From the human T2T-CHM13v2.0 reference genome, Homo sapiens: 64,000 nt of DNA. The notes beneath the pieces are model-generated. The model ran no database searches, was not told where the DNA came from, and worked only from the letters and a program-made list of their open reading frames with translations. Location: the NCBI RefSeq assembly GCF_009914755.1, contig NC_060934.1. One strand, 5' to 3'. Shown here piece after piece: positions 51,394 through 64,000 of the stretch; positions within the stretch are counted from its first letter, which is position 1, and each line of letters starts with the position of its first letter. The position numbers were made by a program, and so were the translations under genes.

Positions 51394-51660
51394 GGATGGA
51401 TGGATGTATGGATGGATGGATGGATGGATGGATGAATAGATGTATGGATATGTGGATAATTAGGTGGATGATTGGATGGATGGATGGATGGATGGATGGA
51501 TGGATGGATGGATGGATTGTTAGACAGGCAGGTGAATGGGTGGATAGACAGATGGATAGGTATATGATTGGATGGGTATATGTACTTATGGACAGGTGGA
51601 TGGATGGGTGATGGGTGTGGTAAGTGGGTGTTTAAATGGGTAGATGATGGATGAATGGTT
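51394..51660 (+). repeat. degenerate (TGGA)n simple repeat
   Basis: direct reading. Confidence 0.92.
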
Positions 51661-53334
51661 GATTTGATCTTTCCTGAGCAGCAGAAGAAGGGAAGGGAAA
51701 TGACAAGCCCTGTTATTCATAAGAGGGGTCCTGAGCTGGTCATGTGACTGGCCAAAGTCACCAGAGGATGTCAGCAGCAGAGCTAGAAAGAGAACCCAAT
51801 GTTCTTGACTCTAAGAATCACCACTTCTGCCATGAAATGGAAAGCTTATAACCTACAGCATCGTAAAGCCCAATACTCCATTCTCCACGTGTACGGAGCC
51901 TCCTGCTGGAGTTGCCGGTGCCTTCCCTGGCCACTGTGTCTATGACATCCTACCTTTTTGTTCAGCTCAAGCACCTGCCTCTTCTGGGAGCCTCCACAGG
52001 TCACCCCTCCTGTTCTGGCACCTACAGTAGCATTTACATGAACAGCATTGCTTTCCTGAACCTCCACTTAGCGTATACACCCTGGGCACCTTTATGCTTG
52101 CTATCTACCTACACGCTGTGTCTTATTTCCACAACCAGATAGGGACTGCATTATCCTTCCCTGTAGCACCTCCCCCAGGACCTCTCTGCTGCTTAGTAAA
52201 TCTCTGATTGACAAGCTGCAGAACTAGTCAGGTTGCAGCACGCTATGAAGCTGTGAAATTGAGTCATCTACAATGTATCTCTCCAAGTTTTCAAGTGAAA
52301 CCTCTTGCTACATGCCTAAGAATTGTAGCACTTAAAAAAAAATCTCATTAGCCATCCCTGCCATCACAGCTTTCAGCAAAAACTTAGAGCATAAAAACCC
52401 GTCTACCACATGCTCCAAAACAATTCACATATTTAGTACAGCAACAAAGACCAGGAACTGGCCACATGCAATAAGAAAAAGAAAAGACAAAGAAGATTAA
52501 TTGCTTTTGGAAACAAAAGATCACCATCAGGAGGACAGTGATAGTATGCACCAGTGGAAAGGCATTTTTAGAAACACCATATTAGTAGTCACAGAGAGCT
52601 GGGCTGAGGCTCCCACTGAGCCATCAAAGGGCCGAGTCATGTGGCCGGTAACTGGGCCGGTGGGGGAAGGTCTAATAATAGTCCCGTTCTTGCTGGCTTT
52701 GCACATTTTGGCATCAAAATGTCCCCACCAGGGGTTGCCCCTGGGGAGGCTGGCAAGCAGCCAAGTAACCCCACCAGAGACCTACTCAGCTTCCAGATCT
52801 TCTTAGGGGTCCAAGAGGACCCCTAAGAAGGGAGGCCAGGGGGAGAGGGGATGGTCGGTGGCCTAGCATGCTGACCCAGAAAGAGAGAGCAAGAGAAAGC
52901 AAAGGAGAGAGAGAACACACTCCAAACTCTCCCAGCTCCCTCCCAGGTCTCTGGGCCAGGTTTCCCCACCCCTTTTCCCTCCCACTGGGACTGGCGGCCA
53001 GCTCTCCAAAGAGAACCAGGACAGGAAGCAGCAGCAGGTCTGCAGCTGGGTGCTGGAAAGCCGGGTCACAGGAGGCTGAGCAGGGGAGGAAATTTACTTT
53101 GGATGTGGGACCCAGATGGGGCGGGTATGGGGAAGGAGTGAAGAGGAAAGCGAGGCAAGATAAGAAGATGCTCTGATTTAACTAGAAGGGAGGGGGGCGT
53201 TCAGGGCTAAGAGTGTTAAATCTGTCTCATAGCAGCTGCCGAAGCCACCTCTCTTGCCTCTGCAAGCCTGCTCGCACAATACACATGTGCTCTCCAGGCA
53301 TAAAAACACCACAATTCAGCTGGTCTGTGGTCTA

Positions 53335-53657
53335 TAACTGCCCTAATATGGCAGCCCCAAGCCGCAAGAAGCTACTGAGCCCTTGAACCGTGGTTCATCC
53401 AAATTGAGATGTATCCTAAGTGTAAAATACACACAGGATTTCCAAGAACTAGTATGAACAAAAGAATGCGCAATATCTCATCAAGTATGTTTGTACTGAT
53501 TACATATTGAAATAATATTCGCATACAGGGATGAAAAGATATACACATTCATTTCACTGGTGCTTTTTACTTTCTTGAATGTGGCAACTAGAAAATTGAA
53601 AACGACATAGGTGGCTCGTATTTATGGCTCATGTTGTACTTCCATGGGTCAGCACTG
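53335..53657. mobile_element. MER33-like hAT-Charlie element
   Basis: aagtgtaaaatacacacaggattt...aatgtggcaactagaaaattgaaa...cagcactg. Confidence 0.75.
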
Positions 53658-53749
53658 ATCTATGACCTGATTCACCACCGCTACCTTCAAGTTCCAATGA
53701 TTGTATTCAATTCAACAAACACCTGAGAAGCACAATGCATTGAGGATTC

Positions 53750-53935
53750 AAAGATGTTCTCAACACGTGGCTGCATATTAGATTCACCTGTTGAGCGTTC
53801 TCTAAACTCCCCCTACCTGGCTGCACCCCAGAGACCTGCACTAATTTTGTCAGAATCTCCAGGTGTGGGACGTGGCAGGGGTAGGCTTTTAACACTCCCC
53901 AGGGGATAAGAATGTGCAGTCAGGTTGAGAAGCAG
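53750..53935. mobile_element. MER5B/MER5A-like element
   Basis: ggctgcatattagattcacctg...ctccccagggga..aatgtgcagtcaggttgagaa. Confidence 0.65.
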
Positions 53936-53943
53936 GGGCTTAA

Positions 53944-54504
<561 letters not shown>

Positions 54505-55337
54505 TGAGGATGCTGTGGACAAAACCAAGGCAGGAAAGTGCCCCAGGGAGGGAGGACAGTGGGAGGATGGGAGTCTCTGGTTTACCTGGAGTCCAGGAGG
54601 AGATGAGACTCAGGGAGGAATAAAAGCTGGAAAGGCAGCTCCTATAGGTCCCCGAGCACCAGGATTCAGGGCTGGGAAGGCCTGCAGAAGCTCTAAGTAA
54701 GGAAGTCATGTGATCTAACTGGGATTTACAAGGTGTCTGATTTGGGGGACAGATTAGATGGGAAGAGGAGAGGAAAGGAATTGGTGGGACAGAACTGGCA
54801 TCCTCTCGTGTGCAGCGGCCTCTGGCTGAGGGGCCACCCCTCCTGGCTCTCCAAATCAGCTGTTGCCCCTCGAGAGTGGTCCTTTCCTCCTCGCCCAGCT
54901 CTAGGTCAGCCCACAGCAGGCACTCGTTAAATGAAACAAATGCTCAGAGTTTCAGAGAGATATTGCTCCTGCAGCAGCCCACCTCCCTGCTGGCCCCTGG
55001 ACAGGCACAAAAGCTAAGAGTGTGGCCTTCAGTTTGCCCAGTGTTCCTGGCCTTTTCCCTCCATGAAGCAGCCGGGGAAGGCACTGTGTGTCCACAGCGA
55101 CCCTACAGTGGGCAGCTGAGGGCCCACTGGGATTCTGAAGGGCAGGCCTCAAAATGGTGCCCTTGCCTACCATGCTGTGGTTCCTATTCACAGTTTTCAG
55201 CCCTGCTAGAGTACTGGAAGTTTCCATTTTCCAGGGTTTTGCTCCTTTTCCTCACAAGTGCCAAACCTGGGCCCTCCCACCTCTTCCCCAACTTTGCGTG
55301 TCCTTATTAGCTTGTAAAAACATCTCATCTGCTGTAA

Positions 55338-55702
<365 letters not shown>

Positions 55703-57653
55703 TAAAGGAACCTCTCTGTTTCAATTTGTCGAAGTATTTAATAATGCCTCTTCCAAGAAAAGTTCTCAGTAGGCCTCTAACTGCTGCTGTCTGTCCACCT
55801 GGGTCTAAGGCCCTTGTAAATGGACAGGGGCCCCTCAGGCTGCCTCAGGGTCCAGCAGCCTGACGGCTCTGGCCCTGCCCGAAGAAGTAAATGCCAAATA
55901 TGGAGGTCATTATGGTCTTTAATAAAAGCTTGTTCCTGTAACCTGTGGGCTAGGTTCAAAGCACTATCTATTAATTGTATACCTTTTGCTAAAACAAGCA
56001 CCCACCTTTGCAGTGGGCTGTCTGCCAAGGAGGCATTTATCATTTCTTGAATGGCAGAATTCCTCTTGGAACACCTGCTTTTCTTTCAGAAGGAAGCCGA
56101 GCCCTTCCCCTGAAGCTAGCCTCTCTTCCATGCTGACTATAATCTGCTTACTCCGGTCCCCAGTGCCTGAGCAGAAACCAGCTCAGGGAATTAAGTCCTG
56201 TGGGATGCTAACAGAATATGGCCTGAAGAATAGAGTCCATATCCTATTCAAGAACAGAGCACCTGGTATGGTGCTAATAATGCCTGGTTTCCTTGCTCTC
56301 GATTAGCCAGGCATCTGGGCTTCCTTCCTTCCTTCTTCTCTATCCATTTAATGCATTGGTTGCTGCAACGGAGAATGGTCAAGGGACGGAGAAAAGGAAT
56401 TAAGCTTTAACCCACTAAGCCGTAGTTAGGAGTAAAGAAATCAAGGAGGAGATTGGTACCATCCACTAAAACAGGCACAGGGCCGATCTTGCAATTCCAT
56501 CGGTCCACATTCTACCTGTGCCAGAAATCCAGACTACAGGGAGCCCGCCAGGTTGTCCCAGGGCACGCAACACAGTCTGATAAATGATCAGTCAAATGCA
56601 CAGATGTACGTTCCACCTTCCCTGCCCCCAGAGAAGGAATTTAAACTCAGATAGAATATAGTTAACTTAGTGCACTTTCCTTGAAACGTTTGACAAATAC
56701 AGTTGATTCTTATTCTCAGTTTATAGATGGGAAACAGCTTGGAGAGTTTTCTGTGGTTTAACTGAATTCTCTTAATACTAATAGCCCCCTGGCCATCCAA
56801 TCAACACGTATTTGCAAGCTGTCATGATGCAAAATCGCTCCTTCTGTTTCAATGCCCTCTTGTGCTCTTTTTTTTTCCTGCTCCATCAATTCAACGGCCG
56901 CCTGTGGAACATCAGCAAAGCTCACTGCTGCAGGTTGCAGGACCCGGCAGACAGCAGTTGCTCAATAAACATTTTTCAGTGAGTGAGAGAGGAGACAGTC
57001 CTCATTCTTGAGACCAGTGAAGAGAAGACAAAGGAGCAAACCATGGCAAGATCCATGGGAGGCGCTGTGGTGGGGAACAGCAGCAGGCTCAAAGGAGAGA
57101 CAAGACAGGTCGCCCAGAGGAGGTGACAGAAGCTGGGCGTTGAAGGTGCTACAGGAGTTTGCCCAGAGGGCAAGAGGAGAAGGACGTTCGGCAAGAGGGG
57201 AAGGACATTCAGCAAGAGGAAAGCACCTCTCAGTGCCCGAGAAACCCCAGCAAGTTCCTCCAAGGAAAGGCGGTTGTTTCCAGCCTGTGATTCTGCACCG
57301 AGGCCACCAGCACCTCCCGAGGGGCCAGCACATGAACGGCCACTGTCATGAAGCTGGAGCTGACGAGGGGCACATCCAGTAACAGCAAAAGAGAAAATAG
57401 GATGCCTTGTCTTTCTAAAGGACACCTCCCATCCCCACAGGCCTCAGACTGCTGTCTTCACTGGCTCCTGCTGCCCAGGAAAACCCCTTGCATGCCAGGT
57501 AAGACCCTCCTCCCTGGGTAAGCCCAGACTGTTCTGCTGTTGCCGTGGGTCCTCCCGCGAGGTCCCCTCTGACCTGGCACACATGAGGTCTTGTGCTGTA
57601 ACCCCATCATGCTCAGGCTGGTAATGGTGCCTGAACACCTTCCTGGCTTCTTT

Positions 57654-57954
57654 CCTCCCCCACCGCCCCGCCCAGAGACAGATGTTGCTCTGTCACCCAG
57701 GCTGGAGTGCAGTGGTGCGATCTTGGCTCACGGCAACCTCCGCCTCCCCAGTTCAAGCAATTCTCCTGCTGCAACCCTCTGAGTAGCTGGGATTACAGGT
57801 GCACCCCCACCACTCCTGGCTAATTTTTGTATTTTTAGTAGAGACGGAGTTTCACCATGTTGGCCAGGCTGGTCTCAAACTCCTGACCTCGTGATCCACC
57901 CACCTCAGCCTCCCAAAGTGCTGGGATTACAGGCATGAACCACCACGCCCGGCC
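57654..57954 (-). mobile_element. Alu (AluSg-like) with G-rich instead of A-rich tail
   Basis: 17-bp TSD accttcctggcttcttt (57637, 57955). Confidence 0.95.
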
Positions 57955-58165
57955 ACCTTCCTGGCTTCTTTGTCCCTTGAACTCCTATTCCTTCTTCAAG
58001 GCCTGTCTGAGCACAATCTACTCTCTGAAGCTTTCTGAATCCTCTAAGTTCGCGGTTCTATCCCTGGTTGCACAATAGGTCACCCCAGGGCCTTTGAAAA
58101 CAGTCCCAGATCTGAGCTGACCCCAGATGGTTGGATCAGAGTCTGGTAGGGCCCGGGTCTTAGGG

Positions 58166-58594
58166 CTGTGTCGGCCTGCTAGAGCTGCCATCATAGTGCC
58201 ATGGACCGGGTGGCTTAGACAATAGGAGCGGACTGTCTCACTGTTCTGGAAACAAGGATTAAGGTGACACTTGGGGTTGGCTCCTTCTGAGGGCTGCAAA
58301 GGAAGGATCCACTTTGCTGATGTTCTAGGCCCCTCTCCTTGGCTTGCAGGTGGCTGGTTTCTTCCTGTGTCTCTTCATATCCTATCCCCTCTTTGTCAAT
58401 CTCTGTGTTCGAATTTCCCCTTTTTTTTTTATAAAGACACCCGTCATATGGGATGAGAGACCACTCAAATGACCTCGTTTTAACCTGATTACCTTAGTAA
58501 GGACCTGATCTCCAAAAAAGTTCACATTCTGAATTATTAGGGGTTAGGACTTCAACCTACCAATTTTGAGGGGGACAGAATTCAACCCAAAACA
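58166..58594 (-). mobile_element. MLT1B/C-like solo LTR
   Basis: ggttggctccttctgagggctgc, ttataaagacacccgtcata, ggggacagaattcaacccaaaaca. Confidence 0.82.
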
Positions 58595-59783
58595 AGGACA
58601 TTAAATGCCTCCTGCGTGCTGCTAAGGTTAGGATCTGTTCTAAGCTGCTAACCAGGTTTAAGATCTTCTTCTAAGGAAGATCCTATTCTTCCTTAGAACA
58701 GCCAGCACTTGAAGCCACTGCTGATAACACTGGACTGTCAGGAATGAGATTCAGTTCTGAGAACTTTGGCTCAAACAAATTGTTTCCTTTTTCCCTTTTT
58801 CAAGAAGTGCAGAGGTGGAAGTCCTGGAAGAAATTCAATTAAACTTTGGGACCCCCTCCCAAGTTTTAGCCAGTTTATTTTATATTTTGCATTTTTTTCC
58901 TCAAAGAAGGCCTTCCACAGTGAAAAAGCCTCAGGCCCCACAAAACCTGGATCCATCTGACAAAGCAGGTCCAGGGGAGGTGGGGCCAGGGGAGAGCCCT
59001 CAGGGACCCAGTCTCCTTCCCGTTCTTCTTTGGAGATCTCTAGTAGGTGACTTCAATCATTAGGGTGCTACATCATGATTCTGTTCCCATATAAACAGTT
59101 TCCCCCAAAGCCCCGTGCAAGCTTGTATTTAGATCTCACTGTCAGAACTGGGACACGTGGCTTTCCCTAGCTGCAAGGGAGCCAGGGACAGGAGCTAAAA
59201 GTTGGACTTGTTGCCTCCCTGAACAAAATGGTAGATAATTAGCAGTGTCTGCCATGGCACTCCACATCTCTAGTGTCTGGTCCCTGCCTACTTCCCATTT
59301 ATATCTGCTCATTCCTGAGCAGTGCAGAAGCCATCCTAGAGAAAGATGTGGACTGTGGCTGGGACCTGAAGCAAGGATAACGTGGGAACAGCCAGAGACA
59401 ATGGGAAGGGCATTTCAGGTGGAGGGAAGAGCAGGAACAGGCACAGAGGTGGAGAGAATGGGTCAGGGAGGGGAGTGGGAAAGGGTTTGTTGTAGTTCCT
59501 GCACAGGGTCATGAGATAGAGGGACAAACCAGGAAGGCCTTTTCTTTTCCAGAAACTTAATTCATCAGTAATAGGAACAGCAGACTCGGGGCTTCCCAGA
59601 GCGAGCTTGACTGAACTCTGATTCCACAGCTTGCCGATAAACTACCTTTTGCCACATGACTGGGCCTGACAACTTGTTTACTCTCTGTTATTCATTGTAC
59701 ACACCAGATGGAAAACATGCCCAGCCTCATTCACTATTAAATTCCTCCTGAAGGTACTTACTTGAGAGAAAGCAAATATTCTA

Positions 59784-60064
59784 GGCCAGGTGTGGTGGCT
59801 CATGCTGGTAATCCCAGCACTTTGGGAGGCCAAGTGGGGTAATCGTTTGGGCTGGGAGTTCAAGACCAGCCTGGCCAACAAGGTGAAACCCTGTCTCTAT
59901 TAAAAATACAAAAATTAGCCAGGTGTGGTGGTGCATGCCTGTAGTCTCAGCTACTCAAGTGGCTGAGGCATGCTTGAGCCAGGTAGGCAGAGGTTACAAT
60001 GAGCTGAGATCAGGCTGCTGTACTCTAACCTGGGTGAAAGAGTGAGACTCTATCTTAAAAAAAA
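59784..60064 (+). mobile_element. Alu (old, small internal deletion)
   Basis: dimer; TSD aaa.attcta. Confidence 0.93.
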
Positions 60065-60135
60065 TTCTAAAGGAATACTGTCTCTATTGAGTTTAATATT
60101 CTGTACCCTTCCCTTCCCTTTCTCTCTCTGTCTGC

Positions 60136-60182
60136 ATACACACACACACACAAACACGCACACACACACACACACAAACACA
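60136..60182 (+). repeat. interrupted (CA)n microsatellite
   Basis: direct reading. Confidence 0.9.
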
Positions 60183-61194
60183 GGATGCCTTTACCAGCCT
60201 GCAGACTCCTTACCCCAGACAGCTTTCTTGGAGCTGAACCGTCAGCAGAAAGGCTGCAGAAATTGTGGTCAGTTAGCATAGACCTCGGACACAACCAGCA
60301 AGCCGGGAATGGGACATGGCCTCACATCAGTGTGGACAGAGGTGTCCCTGGCTGGCCCATCAGCCTGCAGCCATTTCCCCATCCAGGTCAAGGGCAGGCC
60401 AGAGTGAGGCAGGGTCAGCCAGGCAGTGTCAGAAGACAGCAGAAAGGATTCTGGTCATCTCTTCCCTGTGGCTGATCGCAGCCTGAGGTGAACAGAGGAG
60501 GCAAGACACACAGAAAAGGAGAGCGCTGAGCTGGAGGCGCATGTGGAGGCACCTGTTCTGGGGCCCCTAGGCCGTGTCGAATGCTGGAAGCCCAGGGTGG
60601 AAACAGCCCCTTGGTCCACATTCCCCACTGGGGGCTGAGACATCATGCACCTTGGGTGCAGTTGGAAAGTCTCCCAGGAAGTGGCTAAAGGCAGAGGCAG
60701 GTGCTGAGAGGGTTCTCTCTTTCTCCTTTTTTAGAGCTGTCTGTGAGTTGGACAGTTCCCAAGAGGAGCATTACAAAGCTTTTCCCCCAAGTAGGCTGCT
60801 ATGATGAGCTATGAATCCACATGCTGAATTCCAAGGAATGCCGGGGTGCCAGTGGGGCTGAAGGGGATAACACTCCCCCTTTTTGGTATTCCTTTTCTGG
60901 GACAGCCAAGCTTCCAGGAGCCTATGCTGCTCATGCATGAACAGGTTCAAGGGAGTGGAGGCGAATCTGAGCCCTGGGCAAAAGGGCTTCTCATAATAAT
61001 TAATGCGGTAGTTTTTGCAGTCTTCGTGCAAGGTAAAACCACCCTTTGGAAGAACATCACTGGCAAAGGTGGCCGTGACCATAATAGATCTCAAGATGTT
61101 CTTCCTGACTGTGTTCTTCGAAATGCCCATATTCCAGGGTCAACGCTGCTCATATGCTCACCAGCCCAAGAAGCACTTGCCTACTCACGTGGGA

Positions 61195-61420
61195 GGCTGT
61201 ACAGCATGAAAGTTATGGCCTGGGTTCAAATCCTGACTGCTACTCTTTGACCCCAGACTATTTGTTTACCTCTCTGTGCTTTGGTTTCCTCATCTGTAAA
61301 ACAAGAGTAACAATAGTGCTGACATCACAGGATGTTGTGCTGATCAAAGGAAATAATCCATTTAACACACTTAGCATACCATCTAGCACATGATAGATCC
61401 TCAAAAAAAATTGCTGCTAT
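61195..61420 (+). mobile_element. MIR
   Basis: cctgggttcaaatcctgact...ctctctgtgctttggtttcctcatctgtaaaa. Confidence 0.75.
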
Positions 61421-61679
61421 TTTTGTTAATATCTTAGAGATATTGAGAGATGTCCTGGATAATGGGAATTATTTTCCCCTATAAAAGACTGTCAATTATA
61501 CAATCCTGCCAAGGGTCATCCCTTCCTGCTCCTCAGAGCACTATCTCCCAACTCAAAGGGTTCTTCCTGTTGTCTTGAATGCCTTCATTAACATGCACCT
61601 GGAACATCAACAGTTTTCAGCATTAAGGAAATGTGAGTATGTTTCTTTAATATGGAGACCCAAAAAGCTGAGAGCAAAG

Positions 61680-62260
61680 ACTTAGCCAGCAAATGCACAG
61701 AAAATGACACACAAATGACTTTGCTTAAATATAAAGAGATGCTCAACCTTATGAATAAGAAAAGAGAAAAGTACACCTTAAATCATACTAGATCTCATCT
61801 TTTACCTTCTAGGTAAGCAGGACTCAAAAAGGCTGGAGACAACCTAAATGTCTGTTTAGTGCTGGTTAGTCCATTATTAGGGGACTGCGTAAGTTTATTA
61901 TGGGTCACATAGACCATGAAGAAGAATGAGAGAAACAACACCTGGGGTATTTTCTTAACAAATCAAGTGCAGGACTGTGAGTTTCATATGCGACAATACA
62001 GGTGAAAGAGGAGGAGGAGGAGTGTGTTTACAAATGCAGCTGAATATGTCTAGAATATCTCTGCAATATGCCCCCAAATCAACTAGGAGTGGCCACTGCC
62101 CCTGGGGAGGGGAGCCACAACCAGGATGGTCTGCATATGCTTTGGTATCTCCTAGGTTTTTCCTTTGAAAACTTTTATCCTATTGCCTTGGGTGGTGGGA
62201 TAAGAGCTATTTAAATATGTTAATCCATAGCAGTAGAATAATAGAATAAGTGCAGAGCCT
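61680..62260 (+). mobile_element. highly diverged L1ME-type remnants
   Basis: aaatataaagagatgctcaacctt, ctggagacaacctaaatgtc motifs. Confidence 0.45.
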
Positions 62261-62907
62261 GATTTCAAAATCTGAAATCCTGGGTTTCTTTGGCCAGCAA
62301 AATAAATATGACACAAAAGCCTATTCATGTACATCAAAATCAAGTCTGTGCCAAAACTCTACTTGCTTAACATAAAGTCTGGCAGGGGAGATGCAGAAAT
62401 CCCTTGCCTGAAGATCAGATGGAAATTTCTAGTTTAAACTCCCAGTCATTGTGAAGCCAACTTTCAAACTCACTTGGGGCTGGAGGGTAACACAAGATCT
62501 CAAGTGTTTTCCAAATCCAAGCAGGATCCAAGCTGGGAGATCCACCGTGGAAGAGAAGAACCACCAAACCTCCAGGTTAGTCTTGAGGATCCACTGGTCC
62601 TCCCACCACACCCAATGGGATGGCTGTTTTGAGCCCCCCTCACTTGTGAAAGATTGTGTTGTCAGTCTTAGCTAACAGCCTTAGTTGACAGAGCAAGCCC
62701 TGTTGTCCAACTGGCCTCCCCTTCTCAGGTTTCTACATCTCCTCTCCTACCCTAGCCCTGCATGGGCAGGGGTCATCCAGCCTCAAGACCAACAGAGCCA
62801 GACACTCACACAGCCAGGCCTTGGGAACACCTGGGGTGAGCTCCAGAACAGGGTCCTGCCGCTGCTCCCCAGCCCAGTGCTGGGGTCACTTTCCTCCAGT
62901 AAGATCC

Positions 62908-63273
62908 TATTAAAAAAAAATTAGACAAAAATGTAACACAGTTTATTTGAGTAGTAAAGGATTCATGGATCGGGCAGCACAAAAAACCAAAAGAGGTTCA
63001 GAGAACTCTGCTCCAGCAGCACAGGCAGCAAGCTTTTATGGGCTGAATGTGGAAGTAAAGAAAAGAAATTACTTAAATGACTACAGCTGTGTGTTTGCCT
63101 TATTTGCATATGCTCTGATGGTAGGTAAGTCCCTAGTTAGAGGTTGGTTGGTGGTGACTGATGAGTTAAGTTTTGTTTTACTGTTTCCATCAGGCTTCAG
63201 TTGCTTACATATTATAGGAACCCACAGGACTGCAGCCAGTTCAACCTAAGGCCTCCCAGTTAAATTTTTAACA
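62908..63273 (-). mobile_element. MER93-family ERV1 solo LTR
   Basis: reverse complement begins tgttaaaaatttaactgggaggcc...ccaacctctaactagggac; degenerate 4-bp TSD atcc/gtcc. Confidence 0.7.
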
Positions 63274-64000
63274 GTCCCAAAAAGTGGAACCCTTGAAGCC
63301 CATAAAAGCTGGGGATAGAGAGAGGAGGGGGGACAGAGAGACTCAAAGCTGGTGTGCCCCCAGGGAATAGTTTACCTTCGTGTATGTGTGGATTTACGTT
63401 TCTCAGACAGTTTGGTCTTCAGAGCAAAGACCCAGAGATCCAGGGTCACATTTGGCCACTGCAGGACTTTCCCCAATGGATCAACCCAAAGGATGTTGCT
63501 TTCCTCTGACTTGGCAACTACTAGGGCTGAAGGCAGGTTGAAAAGGAGCCATAGAGGATGCAAAGGGTTCCAGGCTTGACCAAGAGAATACAGGTGGATA
63601 AGAGGATGTGCAGCTGAAGAAGCCAGTGGTTTCTGCAGGATGGAAGGTGGGTGGGACGTGGGACACGGGGGTGGTGGTCAAGCCCAGGCATGCTGGGTTA
63701 AGGTACTAGGCATGTTAGGATGATCAGGGGAAGATATTCAGCAAGAATCAGAAAAGTAGAAGGCAGCTGCCCAGCAGCCACCTTGACTGGTGTGGACTGA
63801 GCTCTGGGAGGAGTGACTGTGTGGCCACCTCTGGCACGGTGCACTGGGACAGAGCAGGGCCCCAAGGGTGATCCCCTCCTCAGTCTGCCTCTCCCTGCCT
63901 TCCTTCTACCTGGATCACCCCAAAACAAGGAGCAGGAGGTAGAAGCAGAGAAGCCTGAGCCTGAATCCCACATGGCCACTGCTGGCCTCTCTGAGGCTCA

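Noticed and set aside
51394-51660. Regular repeat considered as CRISPR-like array or MDGW-repeat protein
   Set aside because: Simple (TGGA)n microsatellite with no unique spacers; eukaryotic DNA

Overview
Primate (very probably human) non-coding nuclear DNA, intergenic or deep intronic. I found no convincing protein-coding exon, RNA gene, CpG-island promoter or CRISPR-like array. The only recognisable protein homology is a decayed L1 ORF2 fragment (about 36320-36960). The window contains about 35 Alu/FLAM copies (many with readable target-site duplications, TSDs), L1 3' fragments, L2, MIR, MaLR/ERVL/ERV1 solo LTRs and hAT/Tigger DNA-transposon fossils, often nested. Family calls come from recalled consensus sequences; subfamily labels and old-repeat edges are approximate. 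The structure ordinary repeat annotation does not explain is a set of local copy-and-paste insertions without TSDs or tails. (1) A ~700-bp inverted duplicate of 31220-32037 lies inside an MLT1A LTR at 33083-33786. (2) That copy lacks a 138-bp segment whose ends read GT...AG on the minus strand. (3) A third ~130-bp copy of part of the same sequence lies inside an L2 at 35209-35341. (4) A 31-bp patch matching sequence ~900 bp upstream lies inside an Alu at 19030-19060. These are best read as fossil templated-repair events, one possibly RNA-templated. I cannot support a new functional system beyond that.
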